This document shows, in pieces, positions 59,934 through 64,000 of a stretch of DNA of 64,000 nt. The position numbers were made by a program, and so were the translations under genes. Under the pieces are notes generated by a model, which searched no databases, was not told the origin of the DNA, and saw nothing but the letters and a program-made list of their open reading frames with translations. Position 1 is the first letter of the stretch; every line of letters starts with the position of its first letter. The DNA lies in assembly GCF_009914755.1 (NCBI RefSeq), contig NC_060946.1; one strand, written 5' to 3'. The stretch comes from the human T2T-CHM13v2.0 reference genome, Homo sapiens.

Positions 59934-61029
59934 GTACATGGCTGCTGCCTCTTTGGGTGAGCTGGGCCCCCCTCTGGGCCAGCTCCTGGGGATACACCAG
60001 CATTCTTTAACTTTTTTATCAAAGATTTGTTAAGGGCCTATGCTATGAAGGCGTGTGTTAGATGCAGGGGAAGCCATCGTGGGTGGAAAGGGACCGGTCA
60101 ATGCTAATGCTCAAATAACTATCTCCATTCAGTGGCCATGAAGGCTGCTGAAACCTGGCAGGGAGCCCCGCGCTGTGGGGAGGGGATGCCGTGGGCAGGG
60201 CCGATGGACCAATGCATTTCCATCGGATTTCGTGTTTGTTGAGCACCTACTAAGTAGGGGAAAGACTAGTCTTTCTGTTTGAGGGATGGAAATCCCGAGT
60301 GGCTGCTGCGAGGTGGAGGGATGGGAGAAGATGAGGGTGGAGAGCAAGGTGTGGTCCGCTCACTAAGGGTTTATAAACGAGGGTTTTCATTCTCAGGCCC
60401 TTGGGAAGCCGTGGAGTGGCTTAGGCAGGGGGATGGCATGATTTGGCTTTAAGAAGCTCAGCCTGGATGAAGGTTGGGGAGTGAGTGGGAGACAGGAGAC
60501 CCACTGGGAACCTATAAAAATCACCAGGTGATAGGTGGTGGTCGGAAGTGCTAGTGGAGACGGGGCGAGGTGGACAGATTCAGGGGCTAGTTTACAAGCT
60601 GAGGTGATAGCATGGGCCCTAAGAGAAAGACAGAGACCAGCAGTGGCTGCTAGGATTTTGGCCCCAGCAGCTGGAAGAATGAGGATGCTTTGAACTGCCG
60701 TGGGGGAAAAACAGGAGGACTTTGTACTGTACTTGCAAGGATGTGATCTGCTGGGTCCCAAGTCTGCAGCCTCTGTGCATCTTTGGGAGCTCTCTAAGAG
60801 CAGCTGTCCTTGAGACAGCAGAGTTTGGGGTTAATGAGTAGGAGTGTTGTGAGCTGTGATTTTGGGGCCCATCTCTTGGAGCTCCTTTGCACCTTTGGAG
60901 CTGCTTCCACCTTCCAGGGACTTCGGCGTGAGGACTGATGTCACTTGGACCCCATTGGCCCTCTATGTCTCCTTTCAGGTCTGTGCTCTGGTGTGAACTG
61001 TGGTTTTCTTGAAGATTACCTCTCCTCTT

Positions 61030-61412
61030 CGACATGCACACACATTCCCAGAAGCATACACACACATGCTTATGCACACATGGTGTGCACACCATGTGTG
61101 CATCACACATGAACACACCACACATATGCACAGCACAACTTGTGTATGCACACATGTGCACAGATACCACGGAATCACACACATGCACAGACACTGGCAC
61201 ACATATACTGCAAGCATACACAGCACACACACAGATATGCGTGGCACATGTATGTGTAAACATGTGCACAGATATATATATAACACATGCACATACCATA
61301 CAACTACACACACACGCATAGACACAAGCACACACGTGCACACATATGCACAGGCACAAACACCACACACATACTTAAGGATGGGTGCATCACACACAGG
61401 CACAGACAGATG
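61030..61412. repeat. Degenerate (CA/TG)-rich alternating purine-pyrimidine tract
   Basis: Direct read; a shorter similar tract is at about 10112-10202. Confidence 0.9.
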
Positions 61413-61521
61413 CAGTCACCACTTTGTGAGTCTGAGTTAACCTCTCAGGCTGAGGTCTCAAGAGTAGACATTAAGCAGGCAGGGGACCTTCGGGCTTAGG
61501 AGAGATGCTGGGAGGCTGTGG

Positions 61522-61534
61522 GTTGCCTAGCAAC
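61522..61534. promoter_or_regulatory. Candidate RFX X-box
   Basis: GTTGCC-T-AGCAAC, a near-palindromic match to the X-box consensus. Confidence 0.5.
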
Positions 61535-62663
61535 AGCCCAGGTTGGGGGTGGATTCAGAGGAGGGGTGGGAAATGCTTTCGGGGCTGCAGTGGGCTGCCT
61601 GGAATGTACAAGCAGAATTACTCCTCCAGGCACTAGTGCGCACTGATTTGGAAACTGTGTTTTCAATTTTTTAGATAGAACTGAAACTTAAGGGACGGAA
61701 TTTGTGATCTGATCCCCTACACTCCTCACTCTGCTTTGTTCAATGCACCCTAATCAAGGCTGGTGATTTTAATGGGATGCATATACATGCGTGTGTGTGT
61801 GTATTCGAGCAAAATCAAGTCCACAACTGTAATTATAGTTTTTGAGCCTTTATATTCCTCCTAACGTTCTAGGTAGGCACTTTTCCAATCTCATTCAGTA
61901 TTCTTCATACCTGACTTTAAGCATTCCTTTGTATGGGTAGACTACAAATTACCTAACCCATTTTCTATTGTTGGTCACTCAAGTCATTTCAAAAAGTGAT
62001 TTTTGCCAATTTAATCAACAATTGGAAGAACCTGTGTCCCCAGAAAGCTTTATTTCTTTCAATATTTCATTAGAATAAAAGCCTAGGAGTGAAATTATTA
62101 GGTCCCAGTATACGAACATTTTATGGCTTCTAATACAAAATTGTCAAATTTCTCTCCAGAAAAAGGGAATCATAAACATTTACTGAGTGTCTGCTATGTG
62201 CCAGACACTGGCAATTTAAAGGTCAGCAAACCCAGGGACAGCGCCTATCTTCAGGGCACGCCCAGCCTCATGAAGGAGACACAGGTTAATAAAATAACTA
62301 TACTAGAAAGATGATGCTATGGGAAGTGCTATTAGAAGCAACATAGAGCTGGGAATTGGCCTAGTGGTGGTGATGGTGGTAGTCAAGGAAGGCTTTCCTG
62401 AGGAGGTGTCATTTGGGCTGAACCCTGAGTGATGAGCAGATCACTCTGGGGTGAAGGTAGGGCAGGTTACATAGGACGCTGTAGGCCCTGAAAGGACACT
62501 TAGACTTTGTCCTAAGAACCTGGGGAAATAATTTTAGCAGTGGAGGGATGTGGCAAGAAAAGAAGGATTTTCTAAATTGAGTGGTCCCTACTGCTCTGCA
62601 GTGATGTCCTTGGCCCCAGGCAAGATCCCTAACCAAGAATGCTGATTCTGTCCTCTTTCCCAG

Positions 62664-62754
62664 GGCTCAAGATGACAGGAGTGGACTGTGTGGAGGGGAT
62701 GGCCTCGGGCCTGTACCAGGAACTCTTTGCGGCTGTGGTCTCACTCATCAACAG
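62664..62754 (+). CDS. MYO18B: MYO18B exon (probably 14), 91 nt, phase 1-2
   Basis: ctctttcccag|GG CTC...AAC AG|gtaacg; (G)LKMTGVDCVEGMASGLYQELFAAVVSLIN matches the myosin helix 'LAKALY..LF..LV..IN'. Confidence 0.96.
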
Positions 62755-63019
62755 GTAACGGGGCCTTTTCCTAGGCACACAGTTGGCCTCTTACAGGTGC
62801 ACAGATGAATTCACATACCGGGCAGTTGAACAAAGTGGCAGTTTTTGAGCTGGCGAGAGGGTTTCTAAGGTGGACAGTGCTGGGTTTAACTTCTACCTTG
62901 GCCACCCACTGGCTGTGAGGTCGGCAAATCAGTTCACTTCTCTGATCTCCCTTTCCTCGTCTGTACAATAGCTCTCTTCCCAAGGACTGTTGTGAGGATT
63001 AAAAGAAATAATGAATTTA

Positions 63020-63335
<316 letters not shown>

Positions 63336-64000
63336 AATTCTTCCTAACAGTGATTGTAAAAATGCCAATAATAAAATCTAAGTACTTTTGAGTGGCTACT
63401 GAGGGCCAGGGATTGCACTAATTGTGTAACCTGCTTTGCATCATTGAATACTCACATGGGCCCATTGTACAGAGGAGGAGACTAAAGCTTGAAGGGGTAG
63501 AACCGAGATGCAAACACAATGCCACCTTCTCATGTCATACCTTCAGTTCCCCTGAATAGCCCAATACATTGCTCTCATCCATTTATTTTTCAAAATTGTC
63601 TTGCTGGGGATGGGAGCAACATGGTAGAAATTTGGAGTGGGCTGGGGTGTGCCTCTGATGTGTGTCTGCGGGGCTGCAGGCACCAGGAGCCTCTGTTTTC
63701 CATCGTTACGCACAATGCACTGAGCCCATGCTTGGAAACCCTTTTAGCAGTTTTTTCAGCAGAGCTAATTCAGAGCCTAGGCAAAGGCTTGCCTTCCTCC
63801 TCTGTGAAAGCAGAAAGCATAATTAGGCTTCTGAAATCCTGTTAAAGGGATGAGGCTGGCGCGTAGCAACAGAGCAGCCGGGTTTCTCCAAGTTGTCGTG
63901 GACACAGAATCAACTCCCTCTGACGCTGCTGAAGTAATTACCATCTGAGCCCACAGACATATTATCTAGAAACCAAGGGGATCATGCGTGCTTAGAGAGG

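Noticed and set aside
60619-61499. Cys/Val- and His/Thr-rich ORFs resembling metallothionein
   Set aside because: Translations of a degenerate (CA/TG)n tract.

Overview
This is human genomic DNA from inside MYO18B (unconventional myosin-XVIIIb), on the + strand. I can reconstruct eleven consecutive coding exons, all with GT-AG boundaries and consistent phases. They are probably exons 4-14 (about aa 67-929) and encode the disordered N-terminal extension, the SH3-like subdomain and the first half of the motor domain, whose P-loop and switch-I motifs are degenerate. The 5' and 3' ends of the gene lie outside the window. The introns are dense with Alu, MIR, L2, L1, MER/Charlie and MaLR/ERV repeats, and include an intact antisense LTR2B-like solo LTR and a 1.15-kb (CAT/CAC)n array. 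I found no separate novel gene system; nearly all non-exonic ORFs in the track are repeat artefacts. The leads most worth checking are: (1) a 30-nt coding repeat in exon 4 carrying a cluster of cryptic 5' splice sites; (2) the CAY array as a possible splicing-factor binding platform; (3) the solo LTR just upstream of exon 13; (4) a MER53 element that appears to have captured local sequence; (5) a recent 111-bp tandem duplication; (6) two coding alleles that differ from the reference protein as I recall it. Repeat subfamily names and exon numbers were assigned by eye and from memory, and need RepeatMasker/GENCODE confirmation.
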